Positions 22,157 to 30,656 of a stretch of 64,000 nucleotides of DNA are shown here, piece after piece. The notes beneath the pieces were generated by a model. That model was not told the DNA's origin, did not search any database, and saw only the letters and a program-made list of their open reading frames with translations. Location: positions 352,001 to 416,000 of the forward strand of contig CAVPQB010000003.1 in NCBI GenBank assembly GCA_963707505.1, in the 5' to 3' direction. The position numbers and the translations under genes were made by a program. This stretch comes from an uncultured Gemmatimonadales bacterium (lineage in GTDB: Bacteria; Gemmatimonadota; Gemmatimonadetes; Gemmatimonadales; Gemmatimonadaceae). Numbering within the stretch: the stretch's first letter is position 1; each line of letters opens with the position of its first letter.

Positions 22157-24277
22157 CTATTTCTTCACCTTGCTCATGATTTCTTCGGCGGCGGCCTTCG
22201 GGACTTCCTCGTAATGACTGAATTCCATCGAATAAACCGCGCGACCCTGCGACATCGAGCGAAGCTTGGTTGAATAACCAAACATCTCCGCGAGCGGCAC
22301 CTGCGCATCGATCACCTGCGCCTCACCGCGCTGATTCATTCCGCCGATGCGACCGCGACGGGACGAAAGATCACCGAGCACATCGCCCATGTAATCGTTC
22401 GGCGACACAACTTCGACCTTCATGATCGGCTCGAGAATGATCGCGCCCGCCTTGCGTGCGCCGTCCTTCACCGCCATCGAGCCCGCGATCTTGAACGCCA
22501 TTTCGCTCGAATCGACGTCGTGGTACGAGCCATAAACCAGCTCGACTTTCACGTCCACCATCGGATATCCGGCGATGACACCACCCTCGAGCGCTTCCTT
22601 GATACCAGCCTCGATCGGGTTGATGAACTCGCGCGGAATCACACCGCCGACGATCTTGTCCTCGAACACGAATCCCTGACCCTGCTCGGCGGGCATCACG
22701 TTGATTACAACGTGTCCGTACTGGCCCTTACCGCCAGACTGACGAATGAACTTTCCTTCGACCTTGTCGACGCGCTTCTTGATCGTCTCACGATATGCAA
22801 CCTGCGGACGGCCGATATTTGCATCGACCTTGAACTCGCGCTGCATGCGATCGACGATGATCTCGAGGTGCAGCTCGCCCATTCCAGAGATGATCGTCTG
22901 ATTCGTTTCCGGATCAGAATGCACGCGGAACGTCGGATCCTCTTCGGCGAGCTTCTGCAATGCGATCGCGAGCTTGTCCTGATCCGCCTTGGTCTTGGGC
23001 TCGATTGCAACGTCGATGACCGGAGCCGGAAACTTCATCGCTTCCAGAACGATCGGCTGCTCTTCCATCGTCAGCGTGTCGCCCGTGCGCGTGTCGCGAA
23101 GTCCGATGGCAGCTGCGATGTCGCCGCAATGCACTTCCTCGATCTCCTCGCGCTTGTTCGAGTGCATCTGCAACAGGCGGCCGATGCGCTCGCGCTTGCC
23201 CTTGGTCGCGTTGTACACGTACGAGCCGCTCTGCAGCACGCCGGAGTACACACGGAAGAACGTCAGCTTACCGACGAATGGATCGGTCGCGATCTTGAAT
23301 GCGAGACCTGCAAACGGTGCGTCGTCGGAAACTTCGCGCGTCTCGACCAGCTCGTTGTGGTCGGGGATATGACCTTCGACGGGCGGAACGTCGAGCGGGG
23401 ACGGCATGTAATCGATGACTGCATCGAGCAACGCCTGAACGCCCTTGTTCTTGAACGAGGCGCCGCACAACACTGGAACGATGTGACCACCGATGGTCGC
23501 AACGCGAATCGCGTGACGGATCTCGTCATCGCTCAGCTCCGCGCCGCCGAGATATTTCTCGAGCAAGGGCTCGTCGTGCGACACGGCAGCCTCGATCACC
23601 GCGTGACGCGCCTCGTCGACGGCAGCCTTGAACTTCTCAGGCACGTCGACAACCTCGAACTTCTTGCCGAGTGATTCGTCGTCGAAGATGTACTGCTTGC
23701 GTTCGATGACGTCGATGTGGCCGGTGAACGTATCACCGGAGCCGACCGGCAGCTGGATCGGATACGACTCTTTCGAGAGACGATCGCGGATCATTCGCAT
23801 GCAACGCTCGAAATCAGCGCCTGTACGGTCCATCTTGTTGGCGAAGATCAGGCGCGGAACACCATAGCGATCGCCCTGACGCCACACGGTCTCGGTCTGG
23901 GGCTCGACACCAGCGACCGAATCCAGAAGCGTGACTGCACCGTCGAGCACGCGCAACGAGCGCTCTACTTCGACCGTGAAATCAACGTGCCCAGGGGTAT
24001 CGATGATGTTGATGCGGTACTCGGGACCGGTTCCCTGCTCATCGCTCTGCCCGTGACGGCGCCAGAAAGCGGTAGTCGCGGCAGACGTGATCGTGATGCC
24101 CCGCTCCTGCTCCTGCTCCATCCAGTCCATGGTCGCAGTGCCTTCATGGACTTCACCGATTTTGTGCGACTTACCGGTGTAATAAAGGATGCGCTCGGTC
24201 GTGGTCGTCTTACCAGCATCGATGTGTGCCATGATGCCGATGTTGCGATAATGTTCGAGCGGGGTGTGGCGAGCCAT
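22157..24277 (-). CDS. fusA: Elongation factor G
   Basis: [46 protein letters not shown]. Confidence 0.97.
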   Translation of the reverse strand: MARHTPLEHYRNIGIMAHIDAGKTTTTERILYYTGKSHKIGEVHEGTATMDWMEQEQERGITITSAATTAFWRRHGQSDEQGTGPEYRINIIDTPGHVDFTVEVERSLRVLDGAVTLLDSVAGVEPQTETVWRQGDRYGVPRLIFANKMDRTGADFERCMRMIRDRLSKESYPIQLPVGSGDTFTGHIDVIERKQYIFDDESLGKKFEVVDVPEKFKAAVDEARHAVIEAAVSHDEPLLEKYLGGAELSDDEIRHAIRVATIGGHIVPVLCGASFKNKGVQALLDAVIDYMPSPLDVPPVEGHIPDHNELVETREVSDDAPFAGLAFKIATDPFVGKLTFFRVYSGVLQSGSYVYNATKGKRERIGRLLQMHSNKREEIEEVHCGDIAAAIGLRDTRTGDTLTMEEQPIVLEAMKFPAPVIDVAIEPKTKADQDKLAIALQKLAEEDPTFRVHSDPETNQTIISGMGELHLEIIVDRMQREFKVDANIGRPQVAYRETIKKRVDKVEGKFIRQSGGKGQYGHVVINVMPAEQGQGFVFEDKIVGGVIPREFINPIEAGIKEALEGGVIAGYPMVDVKVELVYGSYHDVDSSEMAFKIAGSMAVKDGARKAGAIILEPIMKVEVVSPNDYMGDVLGDLSSRRGRIGGMNQRGEAQVIDAQVPLAEMFGYSTKLRSMSQGRAVYSMEFSHYEEVPKAAAEEIMSKVKK

Positions 24278-24445
24278 GTCTATATCAGCGGGTCAAATCG
24301 TCTAAGAGCAACAAAAACGCGGGTGGACCGGGCGTCCCATCTGGGACCGGTATCCATCCGCCGCCGCCGGGTGCAGCCGCCATTGATGCGCAGCTGGGGA
24401 CTCGAGGCGCGCCGGCATTGGCCGGCGATTGGTTTTCGGTGTAGC
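24278..24445 (-). promoter_or_regulatory. Structured 5' leader of fusA with a terminator-like hairpin
   Basis: Hairpins at 24410-24427, 24374-24396 and 24319-24361; the last is followed by TTTTTGTT on the minus strand. Confidence 0.55.
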
Positions 24446-24450
24446 CCTTA

Positions 24451-24478
24451 ATTATACCGCAACTATCCCCCAAGTCAA
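24451..24478 (-). promoter_or_regulatory. Sigma70-type promoter for fusA-tuf-S10-spc
   Basis: TTGACT-N16-TATAAT, near consensus in a GC-rich genome. Confidence 0.75.
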
Positions 24479-24518
24479 CGCCTCGGCACCACCCAAAACA
24501 CCGAACGCGCACGGGTCG

Positions 24519-24583
24519 ATACAACGCGGCTCACAAGCGGGTTCACAACGGGGGGTCACAAGGCACCGCCACCCTCTCAAAAT
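24519..24583 (+). promoter_or_regulatory. Phased direct repeats (TCACAA-like x4) before a CAAAAT -10-like box
   Basis: ACAA cores at 24521, 24533, 24545 and 24558 (spacing 12, 12, 13). Confidence 0.5.
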
Positions 24584-24611
24584 TCCCCCGCTCGTGACGA
24601 CACTTCGGGGA

Positions 24612-25136
24612 GTGAAAAACACCTCGCTCCTTGGTAGCCGCGCCGGCTTCGCCGCGCTGGCTCTATCGCTCGCCGCTGCAATCACCGCCTGCGGCGCAGA
24701 CTCCGGCATCACCGCCCCCGACACCACCGGCCAGTTCTCGGCCGTCGTCTCAGCCGGAAGTCAGATCTCTCTGACCGGCAATGCCGGTCTCCTCTCCCTG
24801 CCCGCGACCGGCTCGGATAGCACTTCGCCACCTGCGAGCGCGATTCTCATCCTTCAGGACAAGAAAACCAGTGCACAGATGGGCTTCCAATGGATCGGGA
24901 CAGCCATGCCGGCCGCTGGGAGCTACTCCGTAGGGGCAGGCGATCTGGATGTTGCGGTGGCCTTCATGGACAGCACCGGAGCGGTGTTCGACGGCGTCGG
25001 CGGCAGCGTTACCCTGGCTGCGGTTTCGAAGGGCCACGTGACCGGTACTTTCTCCGTGACGGCCCAGCCGTCGGACAGCACGGGTCAAAGCGCGACTATC
25101 TCGGGCAGCTTCGACGCCCTGGTCGTCGTCCAGTAG
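24612..25136 (+). CDS. Putative lipoprotein, unknown function
   Basis: GTG start, hydrophobic signal and lipobox-like ITAC; beta-rich Ser/Thr/Gly mature part. Confidence 0.7.
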   Translation: MKNTSLLGSRAGFAALALSLAAAITACGADSGITAPDTTGQFSAVVSAGSQISLTGNAGLLSLPATGSDSTSPPASAILILQDKKTSAQMGFQWIGTAMPAAGSYSVGAGDLDVAVAFMDSTGAVFDGVGGSVTLAAVSKGHVTGTFSVTAQPSDSTGQSATISGSFDALVVVQ

Positions 25137-25160
25137 CCGTATCGTCCACTAGCCGTGGTT

Positions 25161-25187
25161 AGCCGCCGACTCGCCGGCTCGGCGGCT
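25161..25187. terminator. Hairpin between convergent genes
   Basis: AGCCGCCGA / TCGGCGGCT inverted repeat; no clear U tract. Confidence 0.4.
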
Positions 25188-25448
25188 TCAGCCCGAAGCG
25201 GCCGGCCGAGCGGACTTCCGGCCCGGCTTGCTGATCAGCTCCGCCAGCTGCAGATCGGCCAGCTCGGCCCAGTTTTCAGGGAAATTCCATAGCCGGCGAA
25301 AGCCGCGCTCGTGCGCGGCAATGAGCGAGTTCGCTGCCTTGCCGCTAGCGTCCCAAACCCGCATCTCGGTAACGCGCCAGGCGGTCCCGGTCTCATCTAC
25401 AATCTCGCGCTCGGGTGACTGCTTGCCCTGCTGATTGTTCGCGCTCAT
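25188..25448 (-). CDS. Small hypothetical protein
   Basis: 86 aa with WRVTE...SLIAAHERGFRRLWNFPENWAELADLQLAEL; protein-like composition. Confidence 0.65.
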   Translation of the reverse strand: MSANNQQGKQSPEREIVDETGTAWRVTEMRVWDASGKAANSLIAAHERGFRRLWNFPENWAELADLQLAELISKPGRKSARPAASG

Positions 25449-25627
25449 CGTGGTATTGAATATTTCTGAAGGCTGTCTCGCGATCCCATCGCTACCATTG
25501 TAACAGAGACGATCAACCACCCCATGCAGCACAACTTCGGCGGCGCGTGAATTTCCGTCCTGCTGCTCCGGGTGGCACAGGCGCCTCGTGCGGCTAGCGT
25601 TCCCATCTGATCGAGCGTACTCAGTTT

Positions 25628-26086
25628 ATGAATACAGTAGTTCTTGTCACCGATCAGCCGCTGCAGCTCACCAGGAGACGACTGGCGGACGATCCCGAGC
25701 TGGCGCCGGATGCCGCGATCGTGGGAACCTATCTCGGCGACGCGTTACTGACACGCGCGGTCGCGGATCCCGACTGGGACGGCGACTCGGACATGGGCCT
25801 TCTCGGCCAGCCACGCCACTTGCACTATCAGGCGACGGAGATCGACGGAGGTACGATCCGCGCAGAGCTGAGCGCGGTGATTCCAGCGGCGGATATCCCC
25901 CGCGAACCGTGGCAGCCCGAGCCGGAAGACGACGCGCCACCGCTCATCTTTCCACTTGGCATCGTTGTCCGGATCGCGGCGGATCGTACGGGAGCGGAGC
26001 TGGAAGTGGAGTGCTTCGTCCACTTTCAGGCGATTCTGTCAGGCGCCGGCGAGCCGGTCGCTGACAGAATCCTGAAAAACCTGTAG
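25628..26086 (+). CDS. Hypothetical acidic protein
   Basis: 152-aa ATG ORF filling the gap; no recognised motif. Confidence 0.65.
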   Translation: MNTVVLVTDQPLQLTRRRLADDPELAPDAAIVGTYLGDALLTRAVADPDWDGDSDMGLLGQPRHLHYQATEIDGGTIRAELSAVIPAADIPREPWQPEPEDDAPPLIFPLGIVVRIAADRTGAELEVECFVHFQAILSGAGEPVADRILKNL

Positions 26087-26123
26087 GTCGATTACCGCGA
26101 AAGGCTCACCGACTCGTCATTCC

Positions 26124-27489
26124 CTATGGTCGCTGATGGGCCGTGCGACCCGACGACGCGGGCTGCGACGGCGGTGGGCTTTCCGTACGTCCACTCGACG
26201 AAGGTGGCGGCGATGAAACGGTCGGGCGCGGTTGCGCGGTCGACGATCCGCTCTGCGGCGCGGTCTGCGTGTAGCCCTTTCCCTTTACGGCGTATCCACG
26301 CGGCTGAGGAGGCCCGGACGTTCCACCCTTCAGAATGATGACCGGTGGATAGTACCAGCCGCCATAGCCAGCCGCGTAACCGCTGTACGGTGAGTAGTAA
26401 GCACCGTATGGTGAGTAGCCATAGGGTGAATAGCCGTAGGGCGAGTAACCATACGGCGAATATCCGTAACCGTAGTAGTCGTATGGGCTGAACCCGAAAC
26501 GGCGCGTAGCTGAATGGCGCATATGCAGGCGCCATTATTACGGCGACGTTGGGAGCCTTGGCGCGCTCGAGCTCGGCACCGGCGGTGTTATCACCCGCAA
26601 CGGCTCCTTCCACATTTTCAGAGTGGCTGAGCGCAAACGCCTTGGGATACGACAGCGCGACCATTGCGTCTGTGACGTTACCCGGGAGGCCGGCATCCGA
26701 CAACGCGACGAGCTGAGTGGCATCGACGTTGAATCCCTGACCACGATCGATCAACCACGCTGCTACCGCGGAAGAATCAGTGTTGTGCGACGCGTCGATT
26801 ATGGCTGCGGTGGAAAGTCTCTCACCAGCGGCTGCGCGCGCGCTGCTGACGGCGAGCGTCTGATTCGCGAGCGCATCCGATATCTCGGACGGCACGGAGC
26901 TCGGCACCCCGGCATCGCTGTAACGCAACGTGCGCACCGCCGTGGTTCCACTCGCATTCACGCTCTGCACATTGACCCACTGCCCCTGCGGCGAAATCGC
27001 GAACAGCCCCGACGAGGTACGCTTCAACCCGCCCGGGCAGGTGAAATCAGAGCTGACGTAGAGACGGTGACCATCCGCCGACCACTTCGCGCTCTCGATT
27101 CCGCTGCAGCCATCCTTGCTGCGTGCCACGTTGCTACCCGTGGCAACGATCGTGTCACGCGAAACGATCTTGCCATCCTTTACAGTGACGACGTTCACGC
27201 TCGATGACGTATTCCCGCCGCTTGCCGGAATGACGCATACGAGCGGAGCATCACTGCTTCGCGGCGTCGTCGAGTACGAGATCGGATCGACCGATGGAGG
27301 AGCCGCCGGGCGCCAGCAACCGATCCACGGCTGCCACCGCGCATCGAGCTGCGCGGTCTGCGACATTTGCGGTGTCTGTTGCGCCCAGCCCGTCGACGGC
27401 GCACCAACGATGAGCGCTATGGCCGCGAAGACGGTTGCGAAGACGGTTGCCCGCTGCGTGTGCCCGATAACGTGCTTGTGACTGCGCAT
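26124..27489 (-). CDS. Secreted protein with Tyr-rich (GYSPY)n C-terminal region (frameshift near 26500)
   Basis: Signal peptide (TGWA-QQ), WQPWIGCW and several Cys; repeats continue in frame 26124-26522. Confidence 0.72.
26350..26530 (-). repeat. Coding repeat (G/A-Y-S-P-Y)n
   Basis: PAYAPFSYAPF/GFSPYDYYGYGYSPYGYSPYGYSPYGYSPYGAYYSPYSGY; synonymous codon variation between units. Confidence 0.8.
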
Positions 27490-27500
27490 GTGCGCTCCTG

Positions 27501-28313
27501 TCAGTACCTGAAGGTTAAGCCGATCGTCGTCGACAGACCGGAGAGGTCGATATTGTCGAAGCCCGAAAAGCTGTCGCTCAACTTGCCGTGCGCCCAGATG
27601 TACTTCGCTTCACCCGTGAGCGCGAGGTGCGGCGTGAGGGTGAAATCAAGACCGGCGAGTCCCTGCATCGCCGGCGCCCAGTTGGATGAGTTCAGATCGC
27701 TGGTGAAGACATTGCTGTTATTGGCGTCTACGAAGTCGCCATGCTGGCGGAATCTGTACCACATCGCACCGCCGCCAACTCCGACGTACGGCGCGAAGCG
27801 TGACGGCACCCACGCGAAGCGTCCGACGGATCGACCGCGATCAGTGAGGTAGGCCTTGAGACTCACCATCACGGGAACGCGCCGGAAGTCGGTGGTCTGC
27901 GTAATCTCCTGATTGTTCTGGTCGACCAGATGGCGATAGCTCGATGGAGTGGATGTGCCGGAGTACGATGTGCCGAGCACGATGTCGAAACGCGGGGCGA
28001 CACGTATTGCGAGGTCAGCACCCACGGTCAACCCGCTGAAATCACTCTTGTCGACCGACAACTCGTTGGTGGTGAACGAGAAAATATCACTGCCGGCACT
28101 GGCGCGCGCGTAGCCGCCGCTGAGCGTCAGGCTGCCGGCGGGCTGTTCGAACAGAAAGCCGTTTCCCGAGCTCTGAGCGTTTGCAGTCGCCGTGATTCCC
28201 GCGACCAGCGCCGCGGCACCGAGCACGCGTAAAAAAGGGGTTCGGCTGGCGATCCCGAGCCGGCTGCTCCCGTGGCTCGCCACGTGTGAATCGCGTCGTG
28301 GCTTTTCGTTCAC
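27501..28313 (-). CDS. Outer-membrane beta-barrel protein (OmpW/OmpA-like)
   Basis: Signal peptide (ANA-Q), PYVGVGGG strand, C-terminal IGLTFRY beta-signal. Confidence 0.8.
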   Translation of the reverse strand: MNEKPRRDSHVASHGSSRLGIASRTPFLRVLGAAALVAGITATANAQSSGNGFLFEQPAGSLTLSGGYARASAGSDIFSFTTNELSVDKSDFSGLTVGADLAIRVAPRFDIVLGTSYSGTSTPSSYRHLVDQNNQEITQTTDFRRVPVMVSLKAYLTDRGRSVGRFAWVPSRFAPYVGVGGGAMWYRFRQHGDFVDANNSNVFTSDLNSSNWAPAMQGLAGLDFTLTPHLALTGEAKYIWAHGKLSDSFSGFDNIDLSGLSTTIGLTFRY

Positions 28314-28383
28314 CGCAGTCTCCGGTTGATAGTTGTGTGTGAATCAATGGTACACCATGTGAGACCTGGCGGTCCATTGATAG

Positions 28384-29506
28384 TTAACCGATCACCTGCC
28401 CGTTGTCGTCTTTGTGTAGATGTCGGGACCGAAGCTCGCGAGCCCCTTTTCGCCAGCGTAGCCGAGGTACCTGTAGGCCGAACACGTCCTCGACGCTTCG
28501 GAGCATGGAGTAATGGTTGTACGGCACATCCGATACGGTCCCTGGCTTGATGAACGGCGATATCAACACCGCACCGATGCGACCACCGCCCGGACCGTGC
28601 GCGCCCGGAAGGTTGGTATTTGGCCCGGACGGCTCGTTGCAGCATGCTGACGCATCCGCGCTCGCCGCCTCGTCGAACGTCACGATGAGCAATCCGCCGT
28701 CGCGAAATGCCGCGGACTGCGTAATGATCGGTACCCAGTGCGTCAGAAATGCATTGGCCGAGACCAATCCGCCTGGCTCGCCGCTCTTGCACGGACGATC
28801 GTGTCCGTCGTGACAGAGACTCGGTGAGATGAAGCTGTAGCTGGGTGTCTCGCGTGCAGAGCTCAAATCTGCGACGGAGCGCGGTAAGTGGAACGACGTT
28901 GCGCCGACAGGACACTGTGTCATCGATGATCGAATGGAAATACATGAAGGGATTGTGCTTCGCCGCGTACTGATCGGTCGGCGTGGCACGCTCCGTTGGA
29001 TCGCGTTGTCCGATCACTGCGTGTCCGCACGTGCGAGCCTCGCGCGTCGTGTCGTTGCCCATGTCTTCCATGTATGCCTTCCACGTCAGGTGTCGCGCGG
29101 ACAGCTGATTCGCGATCGTCTGAACGTGCGCCGGGTAGACGCAGCCAAGGCCGATGGGTTGGCCGCCGGGCGCCATGCCGGTCTGGGCGAATTCCACGTA
29201 CCGCCCGCAGTCGGCCTGTGTCGCCGGATTCGGCGCCACTCCTGAAATCATCGTGATGTAGTTATCGAGACTGAGGTGGCCAGTTCCGTAGTACTGACGG
29301 AGAAATGCGCCGGCCTTCGTCATGCTGTCGGCCAGGTACGGGATTGGGGTGTCCGGGCCGAACGTGGTTTCGAAAGGCTCGTTTTCGAGGACGATGATGA
29401 AAACGTGCTTGATCGGCGGCGGATGATACGTGCGTGGCACCGGTACGAGAACCGACAACGCGCACGTACCACCGGTAACGGCATTGCGAATCATGCGACT
29501 GAACAT
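28384..29506 (-). CDS. Phosphoesterase/acid phosphatase family protein (frameshifts near 28875 and 28470)
   Basis: IKHVFIIVLEN, HLSLDNY, KHNPFMYF, CHDGHD, IVTFDE, YNHYSMLRSVED. Confidence 0.8.
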
Positions 29507-29549
29507 GGCGAATCGGGATCGGCGTTACGGATGGCCTGCCTCCACCCAT

Positions 29550-29603
29550 AAGGTACGAGAATCGCCGCGAAAGCGCTGCTCCGCGCTGCTCCGCCCCGCT
29601 CCG
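29550..29603 (-). promoter_or_regulatory. 10-bp-period direct repeats (CGGAGC x3) upstream of a TACCTT -10 box
   Basis: GCTCCG at 29578, 29588 and 29598 (+ strand); AAGGTA at 29550-29555. Confidence 0.45.
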
Positions 29604-29634
29604 TAACGGCACGAAAGCTGGAGCGGTCTCGATC

Positions 29635-30480
29635 TCACGGAAAGTGAAACACGCTCTTGATCTTCTTTTTCACCGCATCGTTTGCCTTCTGCTTGGCCGC
29701 ATCGGCTGTCGAACTTGCGGCATTGTTGCCGACGTCCTTTGCAGCTGCCCCGAACATGTCGGCAATCGCGGAGCTGCCGCCCTTCAACTGCATGAGAAGC
29801 GCACTCTCGTCGATCTTACGGTAGCCCGCGGGAATCTGGAATAACGCGTCCGGCTGTGGCCCTTCCTGGACGTTCTGCAGGTCCATCTCGCTGTTCTTGT
29901 CCTGCGACCTGCTGACGACGTGAAGCTTGCTATCTATCCATGCGTAGCCTGACTGCGTGGTGCCATCGGCGTCGGTGGTGGTGACCGCCCACTTCTGAGC
30001 AGGACGACCGTTCACGACGTCGGACCCGGCGCTCTGACATGTGAAGTGTGGCGCCTTGTGCGTGCTGTCCTGATAGCGAAGGACCGCACTGTTCCAGTCG
30101 CTGCACGGATCGCCGGTGTTGCTGGGCGCGAACAGGCGAAGCATGGTTGGAGCGCCGGAACCATTCAGCATCGCGTTGAGCACTGGCGAGTTGCTTCCCC
30201 CAATGTACGAGTGGTCCTTGTCCATCACGATCGTCGTCGTTTTCTGGGTACCGTCCCAGATCATGCCCCCTTCGGGTTGCCCGTTCTCGAGAGTCTGGAG
30301 CCTCATCTTTGCGTTGCCAACGTACACGCGCACGGTATTCGTCCCTTTCGCCGGCGTGGTTACGACGTCCGCGGAAAACTGCTGGGCGCCACCAGGTATC
30401 GCTCCGACTGACGAGAGCGCCAGCGTCAGGACTGCGGCTGTTCCGAGCTTTCGGAATCCGTTGTACACTGTTTCCTCCAT
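29635..30480 (-). CDS. Secreted protein, DUF4412-like
   Basis: Signal peptide, QFSADVV, GSDVVNGRPAQKW, WIDSKL, EGPQPDALFQIPAGY. Confidence 0.65.
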   Translation of the reverse strand: MEETVYNGFRKLGTAAVLTLALSSVGAIPGGAQQFSADVVTTPAKGTNTVRVYVGNAKMRLQTLENGQPEGGMIWDGTQKTTTIVMDKDHSYIGGSNSPVLNAMLNGSGAPTMLRLFAPSNTGDPCSDWNSAVLRYQDSTHKAPHFTCQSAGSDVVNGRPAQKWAVTTTDADGTTQSGYAWIDSKLHVVSRSQDKNSEMDLQNVQEGPQPDALFQIPAGYRKIDESALLMQLKGGSSAIADMFGAAAKDVGNNAASSTADAAKQKANDAVKKKIKSVFHFP

Positions 30481-30566
30481 GGAGCATGGCCGCAGCGCGC
30501 TGGCTCCGCCCTGGAACGCGACACAAGTGCGGCAGGTGATCGATCGCGGTAATGAAAGCCAGGTTG

Positions 30567-30594
30567 CGTAACGCGGCCGTCACCGGTCCGTCAC
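30567..30594. promoter_or_regulatory. 11-bp-period direct repeats CGT(A/C)AC x3, candidate SARP/OmpR-type operator
   Basis: CGTAAC 30567, CGTCAC 30578, CGTCAC 30589 in the divergent spacer before the BTAD gene. Confidence 0.6.
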
Positions 30595-30656
30595 TTGCCG
30601 AGTTACGAGATGGCGTGCCATATTCAGGCTGAAGTACAAGCCCGGTCAGGCCGACA

